Origin: Phycisphaerae bacterium
GTDB taxonomy: Bacteria; Planctomycetota; Phycisphaerae; UBA1845
Length of the DNA: 64,000 nucleotides
Reading direction: 5' to 3'
NCBI GenBank assembly: GCA_963666835.2
Contig: CAXXGO010000001.1
Location: 1,408,001-1,472,000 of the forward strand
The translations under genes were made by a program, and so were the position numbers. This document shows positions 38,341 through 48,941 of this stretch, in pieces (the first letter of the stretch is position 1; the number at the start of each line of letters is the position of its first letter). The notes under the pieces were generated by a model. The model saw nothing but the letters and a program-made list of their open reading frames with translations. It had not been told where the DNA came from and did not search any database.

Positions 38341-39756
38341 TTACTCGTCCTCTTCGCTATCCCAGACTGCTGCGGTGACCGCGGCGATCAGCTCGTCAAA
38401 GTCCGGCTCGCGGAGCGTGCGAAGATCAAAGCAGATCGCACCGTCCCGTATCCGGGCAACCACCGGTGTGTCGCCCGTTCGCAGGGCGGCAACTAACTCG
38501 TCCACCGCGGCACCGGACGATGGCCGCCACTGCACGACCACAGTCTGGATTTCCCGGCCCGGCATCGAGCCGCCGCCAACGAATCCTACGTCCGAGCACA
38601 CGAAAAACTGCTCCTCCGGCAGGGCGGCCGCCAATTGCTCACTGAGCCGCCGGGCGCGATCGGCCAGGTCGTCGGTGGACGCAACCATCATCGACAAATT
38701 CGGGATACACTCGATCGCTTCCTCCGGGTCTGCGTATAGCCGCAGGGTTGCTTCCAAAGCCAGCAGGGTCAGTTTGCCGAGGCGGTAGGTCCGCATAAGC
38801 GGGTTCGCCTCGATCCGCTCGATGAGGTCTTTTCTGCCGAGGATGACCCCGCATTGCGGCCCGCCCAGCAGCTTGTCGCCCGAGAAGCAGACCAGATCGG
38901 CGCCCGCCGCCAGGGAATCGCGCACGCACGGCTCCGGCGGCAGGCAATAGCCGACCATTTCGGTTATCAGACCGCTACCGAGATCGTCGACCGCGATCAG
39001 CCCGTACCGATGGGCGATTTCGGTGACGACCTGAATGCTCGGTTCGGATGTGAATCCCACCACGCGGTAGTTGCTCGGATGCACCCGCATGAGGATGGCG
39101 GTGTCATCGTTGATGGCCTGCTCGTAATCCCGGGGATGCGTCCGGTTGGTCGTGCCCACTTCGTGCAGGCGGGCACCGCTGGCGTGCATTATGTCGGGCA
39201 GCCGGTAACTGCCGCCGATTTCGATAAGCTGCCCTCGCGATACGATAACCTCCCGCTCGCTCGCCAAGCTCTGCAGGATCAGCAGAGTAGCGGCGGCGTT
39301 GTTATTCACCACCGTAGCGGCCTCGGCCCCGGTGATCGAGACCAGCAGCTCGCTTATGTGGGTATTCCGCCGGCCGCGTCGTCCGGTCTCCAGGTCGTAT
39401 TCCAGATTGCAGTATCCGGAAGCTCCGTCGACTATCGCCTCGATGGCCGCTTCGCAGAGGGGGGCCCGGCCGAGTCCGGTATGCAGGACGATGCCGGTTG
39501 CATTAATCACTCGTCGAATGGACGGGCGGGCGTGGTCCAGCAGCTCCTCCTCCGCCTCGGCGAGGATCTCCTGTACATCAACGGGCTCGTCGGTCTCTCC
39601 TGCTATGATCGCCTCGCGAGCCGAGTCGATCGCCTTCTGCAATGCCGCTACCACGGCAGGACGTGGTACCGCCGAAAGCCACTCGACGACATCCTCATGT
39701 TCGAGCAAACGAGACACGGATGGGAGTGACCGGAGCAGTTTGTTAGAGTCGGACAT
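38341..39756 (-). CDS. selA: L-seryl-tRNA(Sec) selenium transferase
   Basis: VINATGIVLHTGLGRA, NLEYDL, VNNNAAA, EIGGSYR, EVGTTNRT, DLGSG, FSGDKLLGGPQ (PLP Lys). Confidence 0.97.
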   Translation of the reverse strand: MSDSNKLLRSLPSVSRLLEHEDVVEWLSAVPRPAVVAALQKAIDSAREAIIAGETDEPVDVQEILAEAEEELLDHARPSIRRVINATGIVLHTGLGRAPLCEAAIEAIVDGASGYCNLEYDLETGRRGRRNTHISELLVSITGAEAATVVNNNAAATLLILQSLASEREVIVSRGQLIEIGGSYRLPDIMHASGARLHEVGTTNRTHPRDYEQAINDDTAILMRVHPSNYRVVGFTSEPSIQVVTEIAHRYGLIAVDDLGSGLITEMVGYCLPPEPCVRDSLAAGADLVCFSGDKLLGGPQCGVILGRKDLIERIEANPLMRTYRLGKLTLLALEATLRLYADPEEAIECIPNLSMMVASTDDLADRARRLSEQLAAALPEEQFFVCSDVGFVGGGSMPGREIQTVVVQWRPSSGAAVDELVAALRTGDTPVVARIRDGAICFDLRTLREPDFDELIAAVTAAVWDSEEDE

Positions 39757-39779
39757 GGGTGATCCTCAGGTGAAGGCTG

Positions 39780-41753
39780 TCAGGACTGCTCATTCTCCGA
39801 TGGCGTATCGGCCAGGATCCTAAGGTCGTCGAGGCGCTTAGTGAAACCGATGCGATCGAGGTACTCCATGAACGGAATAACGTACTTCCTGGACGAATCC
39901 AGGGTCTCCCGCACCAGGGAAACAGAGACTCCCCCATGTTGCCCAATCATCTGGGTTACTCTCTTGCGGAGGTCCCGTTCCACTTCGGCGTGAAGGTACA
40001 GTTTCGGAGCCACCTGGATTAGTTCGCCGAGAGCTACGGCAAGGGTCGCCAGCCGCTCCATCCGCTTGCGATCCCCTTTGGGGGCGTTCTTAATTGCCTC
40101 CAAGGCGGGAGGCTGGAAACCTCCGGCCCGAATCTCCTCAACCATCTCCGCCAGGAGTTTCTCGTCAGCGTTGCTCAATTCCGGTGCAAAAGCCGGTAGG
40201 CAGGCGAATTTCCCGATGAGTTTGAGCGTCTTGGATTCGACGAAGGTCTCGAACAGAGATTTCGCCAAGGGGCGATTGGTCATGCGCTCCAGCCAGCCGA
40301 GCACTGAGTCGACGTGCCTTCCAGGTAGCTCGGGATGTCCCCGGTGATACCGTTCCAGCCATGCGCGCAGTCGTTGGGCTAGGTCGTCGGCGGCCTGAGG
40401 GACGGCGAACACATCCGTCCCTTTCATCCGGATCCAGCGTTTCTCGTCTTTAAGTTGCGCGATGATCTTGGGGATAGTGTCCAATTCAACACCTGCCCGG
40501 GCGCAGACTTGCAGGTCTGACACGGGAATGAACCCCGCTGCTCGCAGAACCTGCTCCACCCGGTCAATCGGGGCACCGGATTCCAGTATTTGCAGGCTTT
40601 CAAGTTCGGATTCCAGCCGCCGGCGCTTCCGCCGCGCCACCGGACGCAGTACGAAGCCGCCTCCGATCGTCCGGACGGCCGTCTCGTCCCGGATGATGAA
40701 CGGCTGCCGGTACGTGGTTGTGAGCGGAGTTCCGCTGCGGAATTGGGCGAACGCGGTTTCTCCCGGGTCGAGCCGGGAAGCCCCATCCAGCAGCACGACC
40801 CGGACCGGCAGTTCCACCGTGCCAATCCCCAGGCGGATGATGCTTGCGGATTTCAATGGGCGCCCGCACGACGGCAGGCAGCGTAACCGCACGTCGATCA
40901 TTGGCGACGGCTGCAGGTATCCCGGCGTAACCAGCTCCGAACCTCGTTGAATATTCGCGCGGTCGACATTGCTGACGTTGATCGCGCAGCGCTGCCCGCG
41001 ACCAAGCGAGTTGTGCTCGGCGCCGTGGGTTTGAAGCGTGCGGACCCGGCAAGTTGCAGCCGCCGGCCAGACCTCCAGGGTTTCCCCGACCTCAACGCTT
41101 CCGCGCAGGGCGGAGCCCGTGACCACGGTGCCTCTGCCCGGGACGGTGAATACGCGGTCGACGTCCATGCGGAAAGGACGGGCACTGGGGCGCGGTTGGA
41201 GGCTCGCCGCGGTCGTGGTTATCGTCTGGCGGAGCTCATCCACCCCGGCACCACTGACCGCCGACACCGGGCAGATTGGAGCGGCTGCCAACGCAGTTCC
41301 CGCCAGCAGCTCCTTCACCTCCTCCACGACCAATTCGACCATCTCGTCGTCCACCAGATCGATCTTGGTGACGGCTACCACCGCATGCCGGATTCCCAGC
41401 AGATTGAGAATGTCCACATGCTCGCGAGTCTGCGGCATCACCGAATCGTCGGCCGCTACGATGATAAGGGCCAGGTCGATACCGCTGGCTCCGGCCACCA
41501 TCGTCCGGACGAAACGTTCGTGCCCGGGAACGTCAACGACCCCGAAACAGATGTTCCCGATGACCAACTCGGCGAAACCGAGTTCGATGGTCATTCCGCG
41601 GCGTTTCTCCTCCGGGAGCCGGTCCGTATTGGTGCCGGTGAGCGCCTCGACGAGCAGAGTCTTGCCATGATCGATGTGTCCGGCGGTGCCCAGGATGAAG
41701 TGCTCCGTTATTGCACGGTGGTCGTTGGGTTGTGCTGGGTCCGTTGTCGACAT
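39780..41753 (-). CDS. selB: Selenocysteine-specific translation elongation factor
   Basis: GTAGHIDHGKT, DRLPEEKRRGMTIELGF, DVPGHERFV, C-terminal winged helix SRKYVIPFMEYLD; likely ATG 41753. Confidence 0.96.
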   Translation of the reverse strand: MSTTDPAQPNDHRAITEHFILGTAGHIDHGKTLLVEALTGTNTDRLPEEKRRGMTIELGFAELVIGNICFGVVDVPGHERFVRTMVAGASGIDLALIIVAADDSVMPQTREHVDILNLLGIRHAVVAVTKIDLVDDEMVELVVEEVKELLAGTALAAAPICPVSAVSGAGVDELRQTITTTAASLQPRPSARPFRMDVDRVFTVPGRGTVVTGSALRGSVEVGETLEVWPAAATCRVRTLQTHGAEHNSLGRGQRCAINVSNVDRANIQRGSELVTPGYLQPSPMIDVRLRCLPSCGRPLKSASIIRLGIGTVELPVRVVLLDGASRLDPGETAFAQFRSGTPLTTTYRQPFIIRDETAVRTIGGGFVLRPVARRKRRRLESELESLQILESGAPIDRVEQVLRAAGFIPVSDLQVCARAGVELDTIPKIIAQLKDEKRWIRMKGTDVFAVPQAADDLAQRLRAWLERYHRGHPELPGRHVDSVLGWLERMTNRPLAKSLFETFVESKTLKLIGKFACLPAFAPELSNADEKLLAEMVEEIRAGGFQPPALEAIKNAPKGDRKRMERLATLAVALGELIQVAPKLYLHAEVERDLRKRVTQMIGQHGGVSVSLVRETLDSSRKYVIPFMEYLDRIGFTKRLDDLRILADTPSENEQS

Positions 41754-41788
41754 GGGGGCGATTATCGAAGCCCGACGCACCTGTGCAA
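41754..41788 (-). promoter_or_regulatory. Putative sigma70 promoter giving a leaderless selB transcript
   Basis: Minus strand TTGCAC-16 nt-GATAAT-7 nt-ATG, with no Shine-Dalgarno. Confidence 0.45.
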
Positions 41789-41906
41789 GTGTTGGGGGTC
41801 GGGCACTCCAGAGTGTATAAGAAACGTTGGGCAGACTGACGGAGTTGGCCCGTTGGAAAGAAAAGGGCGGTGTTAACGTACCAAGCGGCCCTTTGCTAAG
41901 GACAAC

Positions 41907-43622
41907 TTGATGCAGCGGCGAGTCCTCCTGTGGGTGTTGTGGGCGGCATGTTCGGCAGCGCCCGGTGTGCTTGCAACGGAGCCGGCCTGGATTGCGAAGG
42001 GGCGGCAGGGCATGGTGGCGAGCGACTCGCCCCATGCTTCGCGGGCGGGGCTCGAGATTCTCCAAGCGGGAGGCAACGCGATTGATGCGTCCGTGGCGGT
42101 GTCGTTTGCCCTGGGGGTGACGCGCCCGTACAGCACCGGACTCGGCGGCGGTGGGTTTCTGATAGCCCGATTCGCCGATGGGCGGATTCTGGTTCGGGAT
42201 AGTCGCGAGACGGCCCCGGCAGCCGCGATGGCTGACATGTTCATTGTGCAAGAGGACGCAGCGTCCGGTGGTCCGCCTCCCAGCCGCTACGGGCATCTGG
42301 CAGTTGCGGTGCCGGGCTTGTTGGCCGGTCGGTGTCGGACCTTGGCGGAGCATGGCACGATGCCTCTTGCTAAGGTGATGGCTCCGGCGATTCGGCTGGC
42401 GAAGGAGGGGTTTCCCGTTGACGAGCACTACGTCAAGCAGACTGTCGATGTGTTGAAGCGATATCAGCGTTATCCGGAGTTGATCCGGTCATGTTCCTAC
42501 GTTCATCGCGTCCATTTGCGAGACGGCCGCCTGCGGAGCATCGGGGACACGCTGGCCCAACCGGAGTTGGGGCGCCTGCTGGAAGAGATCAGTCGCGAGG
42601 GTCCGGACTTCTTCTACCGCGGTCCCGTTGCCAGCGCGTTGGCGAAAGAGATGCGGTGTCATGGCGGAATAATCACGGAGAACGATCTGGCGGAATACAC
42701 GGTTTGCGATCGTAAGCCCGTGTCTGCCAGTTACCGCGGCTATCAGGTTATCTCGATGCCTCCTCCGTCTTCGGGCGGGATTGCCCTTATCGAGTCGTTG
42801 AACATTCTGGAGACTGTCGATCTGGCAGCAATTGCGCAGAGTGACTCGGGGTTGTCACTTCATTATCGAATCGAGGCAATGAAGAATGCCTTCGCCGATC
42901 GGGCGCGGTGGCTGGGAGACACGGACTTTGTATCGGTTCCGGTGGGGCATTTGACGTCGAAGGGCTACGCGCGGTCGTTGGCGGACCGGATCGACCCTCT
43001 GGCCGTGGGGAGTGTTGGCGGGTACGGTTCGGTCAACCTTCCGGACGACTCCGGAACCTCGCATTTCTGTGTGGCGGATCGGTGGGGTAATGTGGTCAGC
43101 AGCACCGAGACCATTAATACCTTCTTCGGATCGCTCGCCGCAGTAGACGAATGGGGGTTGATACTAAACAACGAAATGGACGACTTCGTCGCCCGCCCGG
43201 GCAGCCCGAACGCCTACGGGTTGATTCAGTCCGTCAACAACGCGATTGCGCCGCGCAAGCGGCCTCTTTCCAGCATGGCCCCGACCATTGTGCTGAGCGA
43301 CGGCGCGCCGCACATGCTTCTTGGGGCTTCGGGCGGTCCGCGAATCATCAGCGCGGTTTTGAACGTTATGGTTGCGGTGACGGATCATGCGATGTCGCTG
43401 GAAGAGGCTATGCGGGTCCAACGTCCTCATCACCAATGGGCTCCCGATCTGTTGTTCTTCGATGCCGCGCCGCCTCCGGAAATCGAGGCGACCCTGGCAG
43501 CGCGAGGGCACCAGATAGCCGAGGAACACAAGACGGGCATCGTCCAGGCGATTCTCCGCGTTAATGACGGTTGGGTCGGTGCCAGTGACCCTCGCAAAGG
43601 CGGCCGACCGGCCGGGTACTGA
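41907..43622 (+). CDS. ggt: Gamma-glutamyltransferase, secreted
   Basis: Signal peptide; GGNAIDA, GLGGGGF, DSRETAP, PPPSSGG, GTSHF (catalytic Thr), LNNEMDDF, RPLSSMAP, GASDPRK. Confidence 0.95.
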   Translation: MMQRRVLLWVLWAACSAAPGVLATEPAWIAKGRQGMVASDSPHASRAGLEILQAGGNAIDASVAVSFALGVTRPYSTGLGGGGFLIARFADGRILVRDSRETAPAAAMADMFIVQEDAASGGPPPSRYGHLAVAVPGLLAGRCRTLAEHGTMPLAKVMAPAIRLAKEGFPVDEHYVKQTVDVLKRYQRYPELIRSCSYVHRVHLRDGRLRSIGDTLAQPELGRLLEEISREGPDFFYRGPVASALAKEMRCHGGIITENDLAEYTVCDRKPVSASYRGYQVISMPPPSSGGIALIESLNILETVDLAAIAQSDSGLSLHYRIEAMKNAFADRARWLGDTDFVSVPVGHLTSKGYARSLADRIDPLAVGSVGGYGSVNLPDDSGTSHFCVADRWGNVVSSTETINTFFGSLAAVDEWGLILNNEMDDFVARPGSPNAYGLIQSVNNAIAPRKRPLSSMAPTIVLSDGAPHMLLGASGGPRIISAVLNVMVAVTDHAMSLEEAMRVQRPHHQWAPDLLFFDAAPPPEIEATLAARGHQIAEEHKTGIVQAILRVNDGWVGASDPRKGGRPAGY

Positions 43623-43707
43623 CGGGACATTGTCATCTCTGCAGTGTCGCGCCCTTTCTTCCTTCTTTCGCCCCTGTCGGGATTAGTCGACATCTGCGGC
43701 ATCCTCC

Positions 43708-44246
43708 CCAGGGGCGCAAGCCCTCGTTGTTCTACACATCATTCGACGTATTCACCAACTGCAACCGTTCGATCTCTGATCTCGATTCTCCAACCCGAAG
43801 GGCTCAGATGAAGTAGCCGGGGGCAAGTCCGCCATCGGCGGACGCCGCCCCCGGACCCGATCCCCGCAACCAGCGTCACCCCGGTAGGGGTCAAATGCCT
43901 TGGGCGAATGCGTCTCGCGAGTCGGCCATGTCTGTCGACGCATTCTCAATAACGCCGGATAGCGGAAACAGACGCGCGGTTCATCGACGCCGCCTCTTTG
44001 ACCCTTTCAGGGTAATTGGGGTTGTTGGGCTTCCACCCGGGGGCGGCGGCCGCTACGCGGCCTTGCCCCCGGCTACTATCTTGCAGGCTTTCAGCCTGAA
44101 CACGTAGTCGGCTTGACGCCTTTCGCTGAGAAAGAAGCCGCGGCCTGTAGCTTGCCACGCTGGGGAATGGGGCGCCGGCGAGTCGGACGGATACGCTCGG
44201 CTCGCCCGGCAAAGATGTGTAGAACAGCGAGGGCTCACGCCCCTGG
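43708..44246. mobile_element. Non-autonomous MITE/REPIN-like element with nested inverted repeats
   Basis: 33-bp outer inverted repeats at 43708-43740 and 44214-44246 (3 mismatches); inner inverted REP pair at 43794-43895 and 43997-44098; no transposase. Confidence 0.6.
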
Positions 44247-44288
44247 CTACACACCTGTGCCCCTTCGTGGTAGGAGCCTCATTCATTG

Positions 44289-44425
44289 ACCATAATCCCA
44301 GGGTAGCCGCTGCGCGGCAACCCTGGGCTGGGGGACGGAATGCCGTTGGCGTACTCGAACGGGACGCAGTCCGCATATCAGAGAGGGCTCTCTCGTCTCG
44401 TCTGCCAAGGTTAGTACTATTGAGC
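44289..44425 (+). repeat. ~137-bp dispersed repeat (copy B; copy A at 4952-5088)
   Basis: Gap-free alignment with copy A, including the cccagggtagccgc..gcggcaaccctggg hairpin. Confidence 0.85.
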
Positions 44426-45117
44426 TCCGCCCGGCGTTCTGCCTGCCGGATGCGCGACTCGCGGTGCGCCGCCCTAACGCCATCGAACGCGATTCAGCGT
44501 ACAACAAGCGTGTTGTCGGGTGGAGCCCTATCTTGGTTTGCCGAAGCCGCGTTTCGGGTTATCGGTCGCGCCGCGAACCCTCCTGTTCTCCGCGGAGACT
44601 CTGCAACGCCGCGATGACGCTGAGGTCAGAAGGCGAGCGTGCGTTCGACCTGCGGCACTGTTCTGATTACGCGTGGAACCGATCGAGCCTCGGGATGCTG
44701 CTGACGGTCGATTACCGGTCATCGTGGTTCGGGAGAATCCTGTTGGCTGGCGTTGTCGTCGTATCTTAGAGTTGGGTGTTCGACGCGTGCCCGGTTGCCT
44801 GGCGAAGCCCTTCGGAGGCGACTACGGTCCGCCGCATCCTGTTGGTCTATGAGGACTGGCGTGTAGGGTGCAGGGCCGAGGCTGTTGGAGCGGGGACGTG
44901 GTGAATGGACAGCATCTTTCGGGGTGATTAGGGAGGCGTGGTCTGGGGGGGCTCGACGTACCGAACAGCCCCGAAAAGAGAACTGTCTTGGAAGTTGAGG
45001 TGCTTCCCAGAGGGGGAAGAGGGTTGAGGCCGGCCGGGCTTGCGATGAACGATCGCTAGTCTGGCCGGCGTTGTTCTTGCGCTCCCTCCGGTCCGTCGGC
45101 CGGAGGTTGCCCGTGGC

Positions 45118-45913
45118 TCAACCTTGTCGCCGGCGCGAATCAGGGCCCGACAGGTGCGTGGTGAACCGGGGTGACGAGGGCCGCCCCACGGAGCGCGCCG
45201 GGGTGCGGGTTCGGGTGCCGCTTCTTCCGTTCCGGGTGCGTCTGTTGTCCCTCAAAGCCAACGCGGCATACCGCTGGTGCCGGGTGAGTCTGCGGACCAG
45301 GAGTTCGTCAACCGTGACGAGTTGCGCGCCTTTGGCCTCCATTTGTCGAATGGCAAGATCGGCGGCCGCCGGGTTCCAGAAACCGCAGGCATCCTGCACG
45401 ACGGTGACGACCTTGTCACGGGCGAGCAACCCGAGTACTAGGGCTTTCACCGAGTACTCGAGGGCATTCCCGTAGACGACAAACTCCTTCACTGGAAGCT
45501 GCGTGACGAAGCGGTCCGCTTTCGGATTGTTGAGCAGGTCGTCCGTACGGATTCGGAAGAGCACCTGCTGGAACCGGCGAAACAGATCCAGCGGAATCGA
45601 CAGCGTATTGTCGACTTCGATGCGGGCGCATTGCGGGAACCGCGTAAACGGCATCTTCTGCTGCCCGGTCGAGCCATCGACGCAGTGGACGGGGGCGCTC
45701 GTCACACACGACCTCGCACGGGCGATGGGAGTCGAGCGACGAGATAACCGGCGCACAATTCCACTTAGTCCAGGCGACGACCCGTCTTAGCGCCGGAATC
45801 AGTTCGTCAATGTTGAGTACGGGGCACGCCCCGTTACGTTCGCAGTAGTCGCGCTGCGTGTTCAGATCGATCGTGATGCACTCAAATGCCTGACCGTTTC
45901 TACGACTGACCAT
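45118..45913 (-). pseudogene. Isochorismatase/nicotinamidase-fold protein split by one frameshift (probably a sequencing error)
   Basis: N-half IDLNTQRDY..LDSH is in ORF 45416..46075 and C-half HCVDGSTGQQK..YGNALEYSV..VVQDAC is in ORF 45118..45756; removing one base of the G5 run at 45691-45695 joins them. Confidence 0.75.
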
Positions 45914-46550
45914 GCCGCTTTCCCCTCGCTGCACCCATGGAAATGCCCACGTGTCCGTCGGTTTCGATCTCCTGGGATATGCCGTCGGCGCGGTCTGAAG
46001 TTCCCCGATCCGGTCGGCCTCCCTCCTCCTCCTTCGTCCCGCAAGGTCAGAGATGCTCGACCCCGGGTATGCCACAGTCTAGCAGCGAAACAAGCCACTG
46101 GCGACCATCCTGTCAATTTTTTTGAACCTCCTTAATGGTAACGACTTACAGTGCGATAGGATTTGTCGCCGGCCTCTCGTTGCTCCGTTTAGGGGCTTTG
46201 CCTTCCGTTGGGCTGGGTACGGCGGACGAGGGGGGCCGCGCGATGCGGACGTTTCCATTCGTGGGTGAAGACCGGCAGAGTTTGCGCTTTCTCTGCGCAG
46301 AAGAAGCAAGGGCGCCGTGGTGGAGTTGCCGCCCCGAGCTGGTCGATATGTTCAATGGTTATCGGACAAAGGCGCCCTCCTCGATGGAGTATCTGCGGTC
46401 CTGAGTAACTGATTTTTGCACGGGCGGGAGCCGATGATTCGAAAGAGGATGTAACGAAGGGGGCTGCAGCCGAGAGCTTGGCGGAAGCCGGGGTCGGCGG
46501 CGGCTCATTCTGTCTGGGAAGAGACTCCTCATTCCGGAAACTAGCCGCCA

Positions 46551-47650
46551 ATGATGATGGTACGCCGTGGAATAACGAGACGGTTCTGCCTATGGACAGC
46601 GGGGGGTGTAGTAATCACGTCGATCGCCGGGTGCGCGCTCCTTGAGCAGAAAACGACCCGCGAAGATCGGAGCGGTCCGCATCCGATGCTCGCTGCGGTT
46701 CGAGCGCGCGAGATCAGCATGTTCGGTGACGTCAGTGATGGGCGAGGCCGGGATTATTTCACCCGGGCCGCCGGATCGATGCGGCAGCATACGTTCACCG
46801 AGCTCGGTGCCGATACCGATGCCGACATCGACGCGGATGGTCGGAGGATGGTCTTCTCGTCGACCAGGCACAACATCTACGCAGACCTGTATATCAAGTC
46901 GATTGACGGCGTAGCGGTGACGCAACTTACGAGCGATCCTTCATCGGACATCCAGCCGTCGTTCAGCCCGAGTGGGGAGCACGTGGCATTTGCGAGTGAT
47001 CGAAGCGGGAATTGGGACATTTGGATTATCAGTGCAGAGGGCGGACAACCGGTTCAGATCACGGATAGCCCGGCTCATGAGGCGCATCCGAGCTGGTCGG
47101 TGGATGGTTCACAACTGGTCTTCTGCAGCTTGCCGGATAACGGGGATCAATGGGAACTGTGGATCACCGATGCAGTGCGAGGTCCTGCTAAGAGGTTCAT
47201 TGGTTACGGGCTCTTTCCCGAGTGGTCTCCGGTCGGCGATACGATTCTCTCTTCCAGAGAGCGCGCGAGCGCGGAAGTAACCTGTTTAGCATTTGGACGT
47301 TGTCTTTGATCGATGGCGAACCTCGCTATCCGACGGAGCTGGCTTCGAGTGCGCATCAGGCCTTGATTATGCCGACTTGGAGTCCGGACGGGCTTCGCGT
47401 CGCTTTCGCGGGAGTCGAGAGTCTGCCTCCGAGCGAGACGGGTCCATCGGCCACCCGTGAGGTCGCCGACATCTGGCTCGTGGGCGTGGATGGGCGCGGC
47501 AAGATTCGCCTGACCGACGGACACACGGCTAATTACTCACCGGTGTTTTCTCCGAGTGGGAGAGTGTTTTTCACGACCCGACGAAGCGGGTTGGATACGA
47601 TCTGGTCGCTGCTGCCGGCCGGTCCCCTGGAGGGGGCGGCGCGCAACTGA
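46551..47650 (+). pseudogene. TolB-like beta-propeller (PD40 repeat) lipoprotein split by one frameshift (probably a sequencing error)
   Basis: Lipobox IAGC; repeats PSFSPSG..AFASDRSGNWDIW, PSWSVDG, PEWSP, PTWSPDG, PVFSPSG; deleting one CT from ctctct at about 47246-47251 fuses ORFs 46551..47309 and 47222..47650 (DTILFQRARERG). Confidence 0.8.
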
Positions 47651-47866
47651 CCGGTGACCTGCGCAGGACGCCGCGGTTGCCGGAAACTAAAAGCGGTTTG
47701 AACGGCCCACAGGGACGTTAAGGCGGCAGCTTATGGGATGTTGGGAAATCGCTCGTTTCAGACGCAAGCAGGTCTGAGATTTGGACGATGAACCCAGTAC
47801 TCCAGGTTCCTGAATCCTGATGCCAGGAACACTCGCCGCGCGGATGGCGGTGAAAAGGGGATAAGC

Positions 47867-48640
47867 ATGGAGGCGGCGACGACACGAGTGCCGACCTGTG
47901 TTTGTTTGGCACGACGGGGATGGATCCCGGCGGGATTGGCTCTTTGCCTTGGATTGGCGGGAGGCTGCATCCTGCAGGAGAAGACGGTTGGCCCGGTGGT
48001 CGTGGCTAACCGGGACTTCGGGGCGATGACGATTGCGGTTGCCCCGGCGCTCAACCTGAGCGGTGCGGCGGATTTCGATCCCGATCGATTCGCCGACCTG
48101 ATGGCGAGCGAACTGAGTTACGTTGAGGGAGTTTCAGTCGTCCCGGTCAGTCGGGTCCTCGGCGTTCTCGCGACCCAGGGGGTTGACGGCGTAGAGTCGC
48201 CGACCCACGCGTTAGAGCTTGCTAGGGTGCTCAACGCGGATGCGATTCTTGTTTTTGCGGTAATGGAATATGACCCGTACGACCCGCCCAGCATTGGTAT
48301 CTCCGCTCAACTGTACGGAGTTCGGCCTGGGCCGGGTGTCGGCACGGTCGATCCGGTTGCTTTGTCGCGGCAAGCGAGTCTTGCGTCCGCGACGGGATCG
48401 GCAAGAACTCGCGGAATCCTCGCGCAGACCCAGCGAGTCTTCGACGCATCGCACGCCTCGGTGGTCGAGGAGATTCGTGAGTTCGCACGGTATCGTGATG
48501 CCGGCGGCAGCCCTTACGGCTGGCGGAAGTTCGTGGTGAGCCAGCAGGAGTACATCCGGTTCTGCTGCCATGCCACGATTCGGGAGTTAGTAGATGGGGG
48601 GAAAGGGCCTGTGCTCGCGGAGGCAAGACGCGAGAGGTAG
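47867..48640 (+). CDS. Hypothetical lipoprotein
   Basis: Lipobox-like AGGC; IAVAPALNLSG and YDPYDPP motifs; same-strand run with the TolB-like gene and xerC. Confidence 0.75.
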   Translation: MEAATTRVPTCVCLARRGWIPAGLALCLGLAGGCILQEKTVGPVVVANRDFGAMTIAVAPALNLSGAADFDPDRFADLMASELSYVEGVSVVPVSRVLGVLATQGVDGVESPTHALELARVLNADAILVFAVMEYDPYDPPSIGISAQLYGVRPGPGVGTVDPVALSRQASLASATGSARTRGILAQTQRVFDASHASVVEEIREFARYRDAGGSPYGWRKFVVSQQEYIRFCCHATIRELVDGGKGPVLAEARRER

Positions 48641-48647
48641 GGATACC

Positions 48648-48854
48648 ATGAACGTCATTCGGCAACTGTCACTGGTGAAAGGTGAGGAACGATTCGTGTT
48701 CCGTTACCAAGCCGGGCAGGAGGCAGAGGTGATCGACGCATTTGCGTCAATGGCCTCGGATCAGTCCAGCGAATTCGACTGGTTTGATGCTGCCGTGCTC
48801 AGCTACCAGATGGGCCGAAGACTAGAGACGGAGCTCGATCAGATCGCCACATAG
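48648..48854 (+). CDS. Small hypothetical protein (68 aa)
   Basis: MNVIRQLSLVKGEERFVFRY...FDWFDAAVLSYQMG; GAGGTAGGG upstream; resembles, from recall only, a planctomycete-conserved small family. Confidence 0.75.
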   Translation: MNVIRQLSLVKGEERFVFRYQAGQEAEVIDAFASMASDQSSEFDWFDAAVLSYQMGRRLETELDQIAT

Positions 48855-48941
48855 ATTGGAAGGGTTCGGGCGGTGGCCGCCTCCTGGTCTGGGACTCGGA
48901 CCAGGGCGAAGTGGTATTTTTCGCCGGCGTGTAGAGCGATC

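Noticed and set aside
39780..42428. 882-aa version of SelB
   Set aside because: The N-terminal extension is the antisense of ggt; SelB homology begins just after ATG 41753.
44430..45110. Short ORFs (44464..44769 and a possible TAG-readthrough continuation)
   Set aside because: No recognisable motif, RBS or convincing coding pattern; left unannotated.
45118..47650. Split genes as selenocysteine (UGA) readthrough or programmed frameshift cases
   Set aside because: The breaks are frame changes in simple runs, not in-frame TGA codons, and they cluster with similar errors in xerC.
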